Of a stretch of DNA of 64,000 nt, positions 29,568 to 38,784 are shown piece after piece (position 1 is the stretch's first letter; each line of letters opens with the position of its first letter). The translations under genes were made by a program, and so were the position numbers. Below the pieces are notes generated by a model. The model made no database searches. It was given only the letters and a program-made list of their open reading frames with translations, and was not told where the DNA came from. Origin of the DNA: Vulcanimicrobiota bacterium (GTDB lineage: Bacteria; Vulcanimicrobiota; Vulcanimicrobiia; Vulcanimicrobiales; Vulcanimicrobiaceae); contig CAVTCS010000003.1 in the NCBI GenBank assembly GCA_963733295.1, positions 576,001-640,000 on the forward strand, given 5' to 3'.

Positions 29568-30865
29568 AGAACTTGGCCCTGCTCCTTGCCGCCGTGCTGC
29601 TTCTCTGCGGTGAAGCGCCGCTCGGCACCGGCCGCTATCCGCAAGCGGTCTCTTCGGACGTCGGCAACGCGAAACTGTTGGCCGAAAGCGACGCCGGCGC
29701 GGCGGTAAGCGGCGTGCAGATATTCTTGAATGCCGGCTTGGACAAAGAATCCGCAGCGACGAACGGCGTGGCCGCACTCGTCGCGGAATGCATCCTCCGT
29801 ACGCCCGTCGCCTCGGGAAACGGCGAGACGTTACCGGCGCGCGATGCCGTCATCGCGCAGGGAGGCAGCCTCCAATACACGGTCGACGGAAGCACCGTTC
29901 ACTACTACGTCGAGGGCCGCTCGGAGAAGCTTCCCGCGCTCGTCGGCCTGCTCGCGCGCGCTTTCGCCGCCCCCGACTTCTCGCCCGCGACCGTAGCGGC
30001 CGCGCGCCGCTCGCTGTCGACGCGAATCGGCGAGCTGCAAGCGAACGCGCTCTCGGTCGGCATCGAAATGTTCCGGCACTCGTATTACGCGACGAACGCC
30101 GGGTTGCCGGCGCTCGGTACGACGACCTCGCTCGCGACGCTCGGCAGTCGCGATCTGGGCGCATTCTACCAGCAGAACTACAAGCGCAACGGCCTCGTGT
30201 TCAGTGCCGTCGGCAAGACCGGCAGCGCGCTGAGCGAAGCGCTCGCGGCACTGTCCGAGTCGTTGCCGGACGGGGCGGTCGCGACCGTTCCACCCAAAGC
30301 GCGCCCCATTCCCACGACCGCTCCGCGCATCGTCGCGCGGCGTGACGTCGGGGCGCCGATCGTCGTGGTCGGTTTTGCGGCACCGTCGCCCGGTAGCGCC
30401 GACTTCGGAGCGATGGTCGTCCTTGAGTCGCTCTTGTCGAGCTCCTTCGAGCGTTCGAGTTCGACGACGCTCGGTATCGCCGAACGTTCCGTCGGCGCGT
30501 TCTATCTCTATGACTCGGCGCCGGCGAGTTTGGTCGTCTACGTCAACGGAACTCGCGTCGATCCGAGTTTGGCTCTGCGCGAACTCTTGCTGGTCTCAAA
30601 GTCGCTCGCAGCGCGTCCGCTCACGCCCGCGGCGCTGAGCCGTTTCAAGGCGCAAGCCGCCGGCCAATTCGTCATCGATTCGGTCTCGATCTCGGACCGT
30701 GCCTACCTGCTCGGCACGTTTGCGACGCACGGCCTCGGCCCCGATGCGATCAACGCGGCTCTCGCGGCCGTCGACAAGACCACGCCGGCCGACGTGCAGC
30801 GCGTTGCGAAGCAGTATCTGCAGCGCTACATCGTCGCGCTCATTTTGCCCCGGCAGGGCGGCTGA
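29564..30865 (+). CDS. Secreted M16-family protein, second subunit, HxxEH absent
   Basis: Hydrophobic N-terminus; AG...E....GVAAL..E, GT..SL..L...DL..FY...Y, T.ADVQRVA.QYL. Confidence 0.75.
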   Translation: MKNLALLLAAVLLLCGEAPLGTGRYPQAVSSDVGNAKLLAESDAGAAVSGVQIFLNAGLDKESAATNGVAALVAECILRTPVASGNGETLPARDAVIAQGGSLQYTVDGSTVHYYVEGRSEKLPALVGLLARAFAAPDFSPATVAAARRSLSTRIGELQANALSVGIEMFRHSYYATNAGLPALGTTTSLATLGSRDLGAFYQQNYKRNGLVFSAVGKTGSALSEALAALSESLPDGAVATVPPKARPIPTTAPRIVARRDVGAPIVVVGFAAPSPGSADFGAMVVLESLLSSSFERSSSTTLGIAERSVGAFYLYDSAPASLVVYVNGTRVDPSLALRELLLVSKSLAARPLTPAALSRFKAQAAGQFVIDSVSISDRAYLLGTFATHGLGPDAINAALAAVDKTTPADVQRVAKQYLQRYIVALILPRQGG

Positions 30866-31953
30866 ACACCGCTCTCGTTCACGACTATCTAAACCAGCGC
30901 GGCGGCGCCGAACGAGTTTTCCGCCACATCGCGGACATGTTTCCGCAGGCGCCCGTCTATACGGCGCTCTTCGATCGAGCGGCGATGGGCGATCTCATCG
31001 ATCCGGGGCGCGTCCGCGTATCGGCGCTGCAACGGATCCCTTTCGCGCAGCGAGGTTTTCGCTACCTCGCCCCGCTCTATCCCGCGGTTTTCGAACGCTT
31101 CGATTTGTCGGATTATCGGCTCGTCGTGAGTTCGACCAGCGCTTGGGCCAAGGGCGTGCAAACACGCCCGGGAACGACGCACGTCTGCTACCTGCACACC
31201 GTCAGCCGCTTCGTTTTCGCGTACGATGGGTACCTCGGCGGGTTCGGTCTCGCGCGCGCCGCGCAGCCGATCGTCGCACCGCTAGTCCGCTGGGATCTCG
31301 CAGCGGCGCAGCGTCCCACTGCCTTTATCGCGAACTCGCGCAACGTCGCCGAACGAGCGCGGAAATTCTACGGACGTCCCGCGCGCGTCGTCCACCCGCC
31401 GGTCGACCTCGAACGGTTTTCGGTCGATGAAGGGGGCGGCGACTACTACTTGGTCGTCTCGCGGCTGCTGCCGTACAAGCGCATCGATCTGGCGATCGAG
31501 GCCTGTCGTTTGAGCGGAGCGCGCCTCGTGATCGCCGGCGCCGGTCCGGCGCGGCGCTCGCTCGAACGCGCCGCGGCGGGGACGCGCACGGAGTTTCTCG
31601 GCGCCGTCTCCGACGGGGAAGTGGGCGAACTCATGCGCCGCTCGCGCGCCGTCTTGATTGCGGGCGAAGAAGATTACGGTCTCGTGCCGCTCGAGGCGAA
31701 CGCTTCGGGCCGGCCCGTCCTCGCGTTCGGCGCAGGCGGTGCGCTCGAGACGGTCGTTCCCGGCGTCACAGGCGAATTCTTCAACGAAGCATCGGGGGCG
31801 TCGCTGGCGCGCACGATTGCCGCCTTCGATCCGGCGCGTTACGATCCGGCGCGCCTGCGCGCTCACGCCGAAACATTTTCGCCCGTGGTTTTCAAGCAGC
31901 AATTGCGCGCGGCGATCGACGAAGTTCTATCGGTCGGACGCGAGCCGGCCTAG
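30862..31953 (+). CDS. GT4 (GT-B) glycosyltransferase; probable CTG start
   Basis: ALVHDYL.QRGGAERV, SRL.PYKR.DLAI, EDYGLVPLEA.ASG.PV.A. Confidence 0.9.
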   Translation: MNTALVHDYLNQRGGAERVFRHIADMFPQAPVYTALFDRAAMGDLIDPGRVRVSALQRIPFAQRGFRYLAPLYPAVFERFDLSDYRLVVSSTSAWAKGVQTRPGTTHVCYLHTVSRFVFAYDGYLGGFGLARAAQPIVAPLVRWDLAAAQRPTAFIANSRNVAERARKFYGRPARVVHPPVDLERFSVDEGGGDYYLVVSRLLPYKRIDLAIEACRLSGARLVIAGAGPARRSLERAAAGTRTEFLGAVSDGEVGELMRRSRAVLIAGEEDYGLVPLEANASGRPVLAFGAGGALETVVPGVTGEFFNEASGASLARTIAAFDPARYDPARLRAHAETFSPVVFKQQLRAAIDEVLSVGREPA

Positions 31954-32964
31954 CAGGCCGAGCGTACCTCGCGCGAAGCCCTCACGATCGAGCGAAGCGA
32001 TGCGCGCCGCACTGCGCTCGCGCAGTTCGCCCGCGCGCAGAGGATCGTCGAGCAGGAGACGCAGCGAACTCGCCCACTGCGCAACGTCGCGCGGGTCGAG
32101 CAAGAGCGCGCCGCCGCCGGTCGTTTCCGGCAACGCCGCGGCGTTCGACGCGATGACGGGCGCGCCGCACGCCATCGCCTCGAGTGGTACGAGCCCAAAA
32201 CCCTCCGCGGTGGATGGCACCGCGACCACGCCGGCGTTGCGATAGAGCGAGCGCAGCATACGGTCGCTGGCGGCGATTTCGCCCGCGCGCAATCCCAAGC
32301 GCGCAACCAGCGCCCGATCTTCCGGCGCGAGTTCTCCGACGACGACGAGCGACTCGCCGCTGCGGAGCGCGTCGGCGCAGGCCCGGATGAGCGTGCGGGC
32401 GTTCTTGCGCTTTTCACGTGCGCCGACCAGAAGGACGTAGCGGTGCGGCACGACTTGCGGCGGCAAGACGTCGCCCTCGCCGGGCGACCAAAACACTCCC
32501 GGCACGGGCGCGATCACTTCGACCTTCTCCGGCGCGACGCCAAGGGTCGCGATGATCTGCTCGCGACTCCACTGTGAGCCGGTTGCGATGCGCGTCGCCT
32601 CGCGCGTGGCGCGCAGAATTGGACGCTGTTCGCGCAGTCGCGCGATGCGTTGCGAGTGGGGTTCGCTGAACGCGAAAATGTCGTGCAGGGTGACGAGCGT
32701 GGGGGCGGCGCAACGAAAGCGCAGACCGTTCCAGGGGAACCACACGACATCGTACGCTCCGCGTTTGCGCGCGCCGAACGTTCCCGCGGCCCGGTAGGCT
32801 TCACCGAACTCGGCGCGCAGCTCCCGCGCGTCCGAGCGCTTCGAGGCGATCAAGGTCACCTCGAGCGACGCATCGCTCAGCGCGACCGTCAGCACGTCGC
32901 GCGCAACGCGGCCCATCCCGCGCCGGTCCCGCGGGAAGTTGGCTGCGTCGATTGCGAGCCGCAT
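31927..32964 (-). CDS. GT4 family 1 glycosyltransferase (MtfB/WbaZ-like)
   Basis: TLHD, EKRKN, PS..EGFGL.PLEAMACGAPVIASN. Confidence 0.9.
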   Translation of the reverse strand: MRLAIDAANFPRDRRGMGRVARDVLTVALSDASLEVTLIASKRSDARELRAEFGEAYRAAGTFGARKRGAYDVVWFPWNGLRFRCAAPTLVTLHDIFAFSEPHSQRIARLREQRPILRATREATRIATGSQWSREQIIATLGVAPEKVEVIAPVPGVFWSPGEGDVLPPQVVPHRYVLLVGAREKRKNARTLIRACADALRSGESLVVVGELAPEDRALVARLGLRAGEIAASDRMLRSLYRNAGVVAVPSTAEGFGLVPLEAMACGAPVIASNAAALPETTGGGALLLDPRDVAQWASSLRLLLDDPLRAGELRERSAARIASLDREGFARGTLGLLGRLASDR

Positions 32965-32983
32965 CGGCACGGACGCTAGCGCG

Positions 32984-33757
32984 CTAGCTCTGGTGAAAGA
33001 ACATAACCGCGGTGACGCCGATCGCGTTGAAGCCGGCATGCGTCAAGACGCTCGACCAATAGCAGCGCGTCGTGGCGTAAACGTAGGCCAGTACCACGCC
33101 GCCGCAGGCGAGCGGCAAACCGATCGTCGTCAACTGTGCCGCGCCGGCAGCGTGCACGGCACCGAAAAGGAGCCCGCTTACGAGCGCGGCTACCCAAATC
33201 GGCGCATAGCGTGAAATGGCGTTGAAGAGAAAAACGCGAAAGGCGAGCTCTTCGACGATCGGTGCCAGCACGACCGCGATGAGCGCAAAGATCGCCCGTT
33301 CGACCGGGCTGCGCAGCTGCTGCATGAGCGCGACCGCCGTTTCGGTATCGTGACGGTGCGTGACGGTCTCGGCAGCCGATTCGACGATTCCAACGAGCAA
33401 ATACATCACCACGATGCCGGCGAGCGCCACGGCCACATCGCGCCCCGTCGGAGCGCGCAAGCCGAGCTCGCGCAACGACATGTGGGACAGCGGCGGGAGG
33501 ATCACGGCGAGGTAGGCAGCCAGCGGCAGGTACAGCGCGATCTGCAAAGTCAAGGCGACGTCGGGCGCGACGCCGTTCGGATTGTGCCGGTCGATCGCAC
33601 CCGCGGCGAGCGCGCTGCCGAGGAAGACGAAGGCTGCAACGATCACGACGCCGATCGCGCCGAGCACGGCGAGTATCGTCAGCGAGGCGCGAAAGGCGTC
33701 AGGGGGCCAAGTCGTCGGCGAGGGCTGCAAATTTGCCCAAGTCGAGTTGTTCTGCAC
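32984..33757 (-). CDS. CPBP (CAAX/Abi) intramembrane glutamic endopeptidase (start uncertain)
   Basis: APIVEE..FR, LFGAVH and H..FN motifs; multiple TM segments. Confidence 0.9.
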   Translation of the reverse strand: MQNNSTWANLQPSPTTWPPDAFRASLTILAVLGAIGVVIVAAFVFLGSALAAGAIDRHNPNGVAPDVALTLQIALYLPLAAYLAVILPPLSHMSLRELGLRAPTGRDVAVALAGIVVMYLLVGIVESAAETVTHRHDTETAVALMQQLRSPVERAIFALIAVVLAPIVEELAFRVFLFNAISRYAPIWVAALVSGLLFGAVHAAGAAQLTTIGLPLACGGVVLAYVYATTRCYWSSVLTHAGFNAIGVTAVMFFHQS

Positions 33758-34538
33758 GGATCTCCGTATCGAGCCCCAACCGTCCAAGCGTTGCTTGAGT
33801 TCGTGCGCGCGGTATGGCGAGTGCGAGCGCGAGGCTGTTGGCGAGCGTCTTGCGGCGGTACGCGAAGGCGGCGCGCACGACCTGCATCAGAAATTCCGGA
33901 TCGCGTGCGATCGCCGCAGGTGCTGCCCGGCGCTCCATAACGACCACCGTGTTGTCGACCTTCGGTCGCGGATAGAACGCGCCGGGTCCGAGCGTGAACG
34001 CGCGGCGCACCTCCATCGAATATCCGATCGCCAGCGTCAAGCTGCCATACGCCGGCGTGCTCGGAGTCGCAATGAAACGCTCGGCTACGTCACGCTGAAC
34101 CATCGCGACGATACGCGCGGGAGGATTGCGCAGCTCGAGCAGACGCAGGATCAGCGGCGTTGCGACGTTATACGGTAAGTTTCCCGCGGCGCACCACGCA
34201 CGTTGCGCGGTGAGCGCATCGTAGTCGAACTCGAGCGCGTCCGCTTCGACGATCGCCGCCGCGGCGAGGTCGCTGCGCTCGCGCAAGATCGCTGCGAGGC
34301 CGGGGTCCACTTCGATGGCCGTGACGGCGGCGTCATTCGCGAGCAACGCTCGCGTCAGCGCACCGGTTCCCGCGCCGATCTCGACGACGGGCAGCCGATC
34401 GCCCGGCGCCGCCAGCTTCGCGATGCGCGTCGCGGCGGGGCCGTCCATCAGGAAATGCTGTCCGAGACGTTTCTTCGGTCGAATTCCGCGAGCTGCGAGC
34501 AGCGCGCGGGGATGCTGCGAGGTTGGGTCGGACGTTAT
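33699..34538 (-). CDS. rsmA: 16S rRNA m6,2A dimethyltransferase RsmA/KsgA; probable ATA start
   Basis: PKKRLGQHFL, VEIGAG.G.LT, GNLPYNVATP, MVQ.DVAER, FYP.PKVD, RRKTL.N. Confidence 0.95.
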   Translation of the reverse strand: MTSDPTSQHPRALLAARGIRPKKRLGQHFLMDGPAATRIAKLAAPGDRLPVVEIGAGTGALTRALLANDAAVTAIEVDPGLAAILRERSDLAAAAIVEADALEFDYDALTAQRAWCAAGNLPYNVATPLILRLLELRNPPARIVAMVQRDVAERFIATPSTPAYGSLTLAIGYSMEVRRAFTLGPGAFYPRPKVDNTVVVMERRAAPAAIARDPEFLMQVVRAAFAYRRKTLANSLALALAIPRARTQATLGRLGLDTEIRAEQLDLGKFAALADDLAP

Positions 34539-35560
34539 CGCAATACGTAGACGGTGATCGGCCGCCGTCCGAAGCGCAGGGCTTCTCCGAGGTTGTTGAA
34601 ACCGAGATCGATGCGGTTCCCTCGAATCGCGCCGCCGGTGTCGCCTGCGACCGCGTTGCCGTAACCCGGAACGTACAGGCGCGAACCAAGTGGAATCACG
34701 TTGGGATCGACGGCAACGACGCCGTGACCCGCGTGCAAACCTAGCTTCGTTATGCCGCTGCAACCCGAGCAGAACGGAACGTACGCGGTGGCGACCATCT
34801 TCATCGCGGTGCCCGCGATGTGGAGCGCATCTCGCACGCCGTCCACGATTGAAGCGAATTCGCCGATCCCGTGCACGACGATCTTCGGACGCGCTTCCTG
34901 CAGCACGCGCGAGGCTAACACGACGCGCTTTTCAGGTGCATCGCCGCGTTTGATGAAACGTACCGTGAGTTCGCGTTCGCCGGGAAGTCCCTGGTCGACG
35001 GTGCGCGTTTTTCCGATCGCGAGCGCAGGATCGAAGCGGTGGCGTACGCCGGGCTCGATCGGCTCGCGCTCGCGCGCAGTCCACTCGTCGATGCGCACGA
35101 CGCGCACGACGGCACCCGGCGCGGGATGCGCTCCGAGTGCGGGCGAGACCTCGTCATAGGGTCCAAGTATGACGCCTTGACGAGCGAGGAGGTCCGCAAC
35201 CGTCGCCGGCGCGCAATGCAAGGGCAGACGCTGACCGTCGACCACAAGCGTGAGTGCCATTGCGGACCGGTATTCCAGGCGCATGCCCGCAGCGAGGGGC
35301 GTTTCGAGCGCAGGCGCGACGAAATCGTCCGAGGCAAGCTTGACGCCCCGTTCGTCGAGAAATTGCGCGACGCTGCGCGCGTGGGTTTCGAACATCGTCG
35401 ACTGACCGTCGCGGACGAAGGTCACGATGATGGGCTGGGAGTCCTCGGTATCGGCTACTTCGGCGGCGCGAACCGCGCCGGACGACACGCTGAGACTGAG
35501 AACTAGTGTTAAGACGCTCGTTGCGACAAACGTCGCGAACCTTTGATCATTGTCGATCAA
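34535..35560 (-). CDS. YabE/SpsB-like cell-wall hydrolase: signal/TM, two DUF348 (ubiquitin-like), G5 and 3D domains
   Basis: SD AGAAAGGAG then TTG 35560; ATAY, AVDP.VIPLGS..YV.GYG...A.DTGGAI.GNRIDL 3D domain; directly upstream of rsmA as for yabE and rpfB. Confidence 0.88.
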   Translation of the reverse strand: MIDNDQRFATFVATSVLTLVLSLSVSSGAVRAAEVADTEDSQPIIVTFVRDGQSTMFETHARSVAQFLDERGVKLASDDFVAPALETPLAAGMRLEYRSAMALTLVVDGQRLPLHCAPATVADLLARQGVILGPYDEVSPALGAHPAPGAVVRVVRIDEWTAREREPIEPGVRHRFDPALAIGKTRTVDQGLPGERELTVRFIKRGDAPEKRVVLASRVLQEARPKIVVHGIGEFASIVDGVRDALHIAGTAMKMVATAYVPFCSGCSGITKLGLHAGHGVVAVDPNVIPLGSRLYVPGYGNAVAGDTGGAIRGNRIDLGFNNLGEALRFGRRPITVYVLR

Positions 35561-35715
35561 CTCGGCTCCTTTCTGGACGAGAGGCACGTCGCTGCTGCGC
35601 GCCCACGGCTGTGGAGCGGCCACGATAGGCGAGGCACCGTTCAGTAAGTTGCGGGTTGAACGCTTCCGCGGAAGCATTACCACTAGTTCCTCGCGAGCGG
35701 GCAAGGAACCGGAAC
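35561..35715 (-). ncRNA. Candidate structured 5' leader (not matched to any riboswitch class I recognise)
   Basis: Lies between the predicted promoter and the SD; hairpins GGTTCCTTGC/GCGAGGAACT, AATGCTTC/GAAGCGTT and CGC(T)CCAC/GTGGGCG. Confidence 0.4.
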
Positions 35716-35721
35716 CGGGAC

Positions 35722-35751
35722 ACGATAGCACAGGGCCCTCCCAATCGTCAA
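35722..35751 (-). promoter_or_regulatory. Sigma70-type promoter for the 3D-domain gene/rsmA operon
   Basis: TTGACG, 18-nt spacer, TGn-TATCGT (extended -10). Confidence 0.6.
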
Positions 35752-35819
35752 TTTGACAAATCGGCCCGGATGTGTTCTTCGCCGCGGGGCGGCCCGAAAT
35801 TGACGAAGAAGTCTCAACC

Positions 35820-36962
35820 GTGAGCGCTTTACGGGTCGGCTTCTTCACGGAGTGCTACCGGCCGATTCAAAACGGAATCGTCGCATCGCTCGACGTTCTC
35901 GCCGAGGCTCTTCGCGCGCGCGGCAACGAAGTGGTTTTCGTAACGCCCAGCATGCCGGGATACCAAGAGTCGCATGGCGACATCGTGCGCGTGCCGTCGC
36001 TGCCGCTGCCCACGCGGACCGCGTATCGCTTGACGATTCCGCTCGTCCCGACGCAACGTCTCGCCGATCTTTCGATCGTTCACACGCATTCGCCGTTCGT
36101 AACGGGTTGGATGGGTTTGCGCTTAGCGCGGCGTTTGGGCGTACCGCTCGTTTTCACGTATCACACGCAACTCGAAGAGTACGCCCACTACGTACCTTTC
36201 GATCCGCGCGCGGCTCGTAGCGCCGCCTCGCAACTGACGCGTTCTTACGCGAATGCGGCGGACGCGGTGGTGGTGCCCACGGCCGCGATGCACACGCGTT
36301 TGCGCGCGCTCGGCGTGCGCTCGCGCATCGAGATCGTGCCCAGCGGCATCGACGTGCGCTTCTTCGCGGAAGGCCGGCGCAGCGAGGCTCTGCGGGCGCG
36401 CCTGGGCGTTCCGCCGGGGGGCAAGATGCTGCTCTCGGTCGGGCGGCTCGGCCGGGAAAAGAACCTCGAGCTGGCACTGGAAGCCTTCGCGCGCCTGGGC
36501 GACCCGGCGGTGCGCTTGGTCATCGTCGGCGACGGCGTACACCGCGAGGCGCTGGAACGGAAAGCGGCGCGTTGCGGCGTCGCCGACGCCACAACGTTCG
36601 CGCGTGAGTTCGCGCGCGAGGCGCTGCCCGACGCCTACGCCTCGGCCGACGCGTTCGTCTTCACCAGCCTCAGCGAAACCCAAGGCCTCGTGCTCGTCGA
36701 AGCGCTGGCGGCCGGACTTCCGATCGTGGCCGTCGACACGCCGCAAACTCGCGACGTTTTGGGGGGCGCCGGAATGGTCGTGCCGGCTTCCGCTCCCGCG
36801 CTGGCTGCTGCCCTGACGCGCGTCCTCGCGGCAGGTCCGCATGCGGCCCAGATCTCGCCGATTGCGCTGCGCTTTGACGGCCCTTCGCTGGCCGAGCGGA
36901 TTCTCGATCTCTATGGAGATCTGCTCGGAGTGAGGGGTGAGCCGGCCGGAGTTCCGGCTTGA
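35820..36962 (+). CDS. GT4 glycosyltransferase (diacylglycerol glucosyltransferase-like)
   Basis: FTECY.P..NG...S, HTHSPF, TYHT...Y.HY, VGRL..EKN, SETQGLV..EA.AAG.P. Confidence 0.9.
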   Translation: MSALRVGFFTECYRPIQNGIVASLDVLAEALRARGNEVVFVTPSMPGYQESHGDIVRVPSLPLPTRTAYRLTIPLVPTQRLADLSIVHTHSPFVTGWMGLRLARRLGVPLVFTYHTQLEEYAHYVPFDPRAARSAASQLTRSYANAADAVVVPTAAMHTRLRALGVRSRIEIVPSGIDVRFFAEGRRSEALRARLGVPPGGKMLLSVGRLGREKNLELALEAFARLGDPAVRLVIVGDGVHREALERKAARCGVADATTFAREFAREALPDAYASADAFVFTSLSETQGLVLVEALAAGLPIVAVDTPQTRDVLGGAGMVVPASAPALAAALTRVLAAGPHAAQISPIALRFDGPSLAERILDLYGDLLGVRGEPAGVPA

Positions 36963-36988
36963 CATCGAACGTACGTTCGAGGCATAAT
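36959..36988 (+). promoter_or_regulatory. Sigma70 promoter with LexA (SOS) box in the spacer
   Basis: TTGACA (36959-64), perfect palindrome TCGAACGTACGTTCGA (36965-80), CATAAT (36983-88); matches the CGAAC-N4-GTTCG Gram-positive LexA consensus. Confidence 0.88.
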
Positions 36989-37003
36989 GGGAACAAGGTA
37001 GAC

Positions 37004-37438
37004 ATGGCACGGCAACATCGCTCCAGGCTCGCCCATCAGGTCACGGTCGGTTTCGCGGCCGGACCGGGCGGAAGCGGCGTCGCCTACGCGGCAGCGGAAG
37101 CGGGCGGACGAAACGGGTCGCCGGTCAGGGTAGAGTTCGTTTGCCGGCCGCTCCCGGCGCTACGTGGACGCGACGTCGCGTACTCCGCACTCGACGCGGT
37201 GCTGGCCGAGTTGTTGCGGCGCGGCGTCAGTCGCGCCGTCATCGCGATCGACGACGCGAATCTTCCGCTCGACGTTTCCGAGAGGCGCTCGTTACCGAAC
37301 GCTCTGATCGTACCGTACGTGGCGCTGCGCTGCCGGCTCAACCAGTTCGCCGCGGTGACGGTCGTCGAAGCCCACGACGCCGTCGCTCGCGATCTGACCG
37401 CGCGGGCGCGCGCGGAGGCGACCCTCATCGCCGCCTGA
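37004..37438 (+). CDS. Hypothetical protein with apparent degenerate RNase HI-like fold, SOS-controlled
   Basis: ATG 15 nt after the -10; G.G.AY, VAY.AL...L..L...G...I..DD..L, Y..L...L..F and RDL.ARA parallel the RNase HI secondary-structure pattern (by eye). Confidence 0.65.
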   Translation: MARQHRSRLAHQVTVGFAAGPGGSGVAYAAAEAGGRNGSPVRVEFVCRPLPALRGRDVAYSALDAVLAELLRRGVSRAVIAIDDANLPLDVSERRSLPNALIVPYVALRCRLNQFAAVTVVEAHDAVARDLTARARAEATLIAA

Positions 37439-37457
37439 GCGTACGCGGTTCCGTCGT

Positions 37458-38039
37458 TTGCGACGGAGCGAATTGCCCGAAGAAGCGGTTGCGTTGGCGC
37501 GCTTTCTGATCGGCACGATCGTCGTTCGCGACGACGCGCGCGGCCGTCGCGCGCTGCGCATCGTCGAAACCGAGGCGTACCTTCCGGGCGACGCGGCAGC
37601 GCATTCGTACCGCGGCCTGACCGAACGCAACCGTTCGCTGTTTCTACGCCGCGGCCACGCGTACGTGTACTTCATCTATGGTACGTGGTTCTGTTTGAAC
37701 GTTTCGGCGGAAGCCGCGGGAACCGGCGCAGGCGTTCTGCTGCGCGCCGGCGAGCCGCTCGCCGGCGTCGCTTTGATGGAGAGCGCGCGGCCCGGTGCGC
37801 TGCTGCGCGATCTCGCGCGCGGTCCCGGGCGCCTAGCCGCCGCCCTCGGCGTCACGCGCGCACAGGACGGTCTCGATCTCTGCGCGCCGGGACCGCTTTG
37901 GCTGGCGGCGGCCGGCGAAGGGTTGCCGCGTATCGGGCAAAGCGTGCGCATCGGCGTTACGCAGGAGGTCCATCGCGAACTCCGCTTCTACGAGCGTGGC
38001 AGCCGCTTCATCAGCGGGCCGCGCCGCCTCAATCTCTAA
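37458..38039 (+). CDS. mpg: DNA-3-methyladenine glycosylase (MPG/AAG family)
   Basis: IVETEAY...D.A.HS, G.AYVY.IYG...C.NV, VLLRA.EP, GPGRL..ALG, RIGV. Confidence 0.95.
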   Translation: MRRSELPEEAVALARFLIGTIVVRDDARGRRALRIVETEAYLPGDAAAHSYRGLTERNRSLFLRRGHAYVYFIYGTWFCLNVSAEAAGTGAGVLLRAGEPLAGVALMESARPGALLRDLARGPGRLAAALGVTRAQDGLDLCAPGPLWLAAAGEGLPRIGQSVRIGVTQEVHRELRFYERGSRFISGPRRLNL

Positions 38040-38049
38040 CCTTGCCGGA

Positions 38050-38784
38050 GTGCGGCTTCACAAATTTCTCGCGCATGCCGGAATTGCGTCGCGGCGGCAG
38101 GCCGAAGAGTTGATCAAGAGCGGTCACGTCAGCGTGAACGGGAAGCCGGTGCGCGAGCTCGGCACGAGCGTGGCCGAGGGCGATCGCGTTGAGTTCAATG
38201 GGCGGCCGGTCAGCGTCCCAAGCCAGAAGCGTTACCTCGTGCTGCATAAGCCGCCGAAGGTGATGACGACGATGAGCGATCCCGAAGGCCGGCGGACGGT
38301 GTCGTCGCTGATTCCGCAAAGCGAAGGCCGTTTGGTGCCGGTCGGCCGGCTCGACTACGACACCTCGGGCGTTCTCTTGATGACGAACGACGGCGAGCTA
38401 GCGCACGTGCTGACGCATCCGCGTTTCGGGGTGGAGAAGACGTATCGCGCGCTCGTACGCGGACGGCTCGGCCCGGACGACGTGCGTCATCTGCTCGCAG
38501 GGATGCGCCTCGAGGACGGAAACGCCGGGCCCGCCAAGGTCCGCGTCGTGCGGACGTCGCCGGCCGGGTCCGAACTCGACATCACGATCCACGAGGGTCG
38601 CAATCGCCAAGTCCGGCGCATGTTCGAGGCGACCGAACATCCGGTGCTCTCGCTCGTGCGCTTGCGTTTCGGCCCGGTCGCGCTCGGCGAACTGCGGGTC
38701 GGCAATTGGCGGGAGGCTACCGAACGCGAGGTCGCGGCGTTGCGCGTCATCCTTAAAGAAGCGGGGGCGAAGAGCGATGAGTAA
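38050..38784 (+). CDS. rluB: rRNA pseudouridine synthase (RsuA/RluB family)
   Basis: S4 domain [41 protein letters not shown]. Confidence 0.92.
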   Translation: MRLHKFLAHAGIASRRQAEELIKSGHVSVNGKPVRELGTSVAEGDRVEFNGRPVSVPSQKRYLVLHKPPKVMTTMSDPEGRRTVSSLIPQSEGRLVPVGRLDYDTSGVLLMTNDGELAHVLTHPRFGVEKTYRALVRGRLGPDDVRHLLAGMRLEDGNAGPAKVRVVRTSPAGSELDITIHEGRNRQVRRMFEATEHPVLSLVRLRFGPVALGELRVGNWREATEREVAALRVILKEAGAKSDE

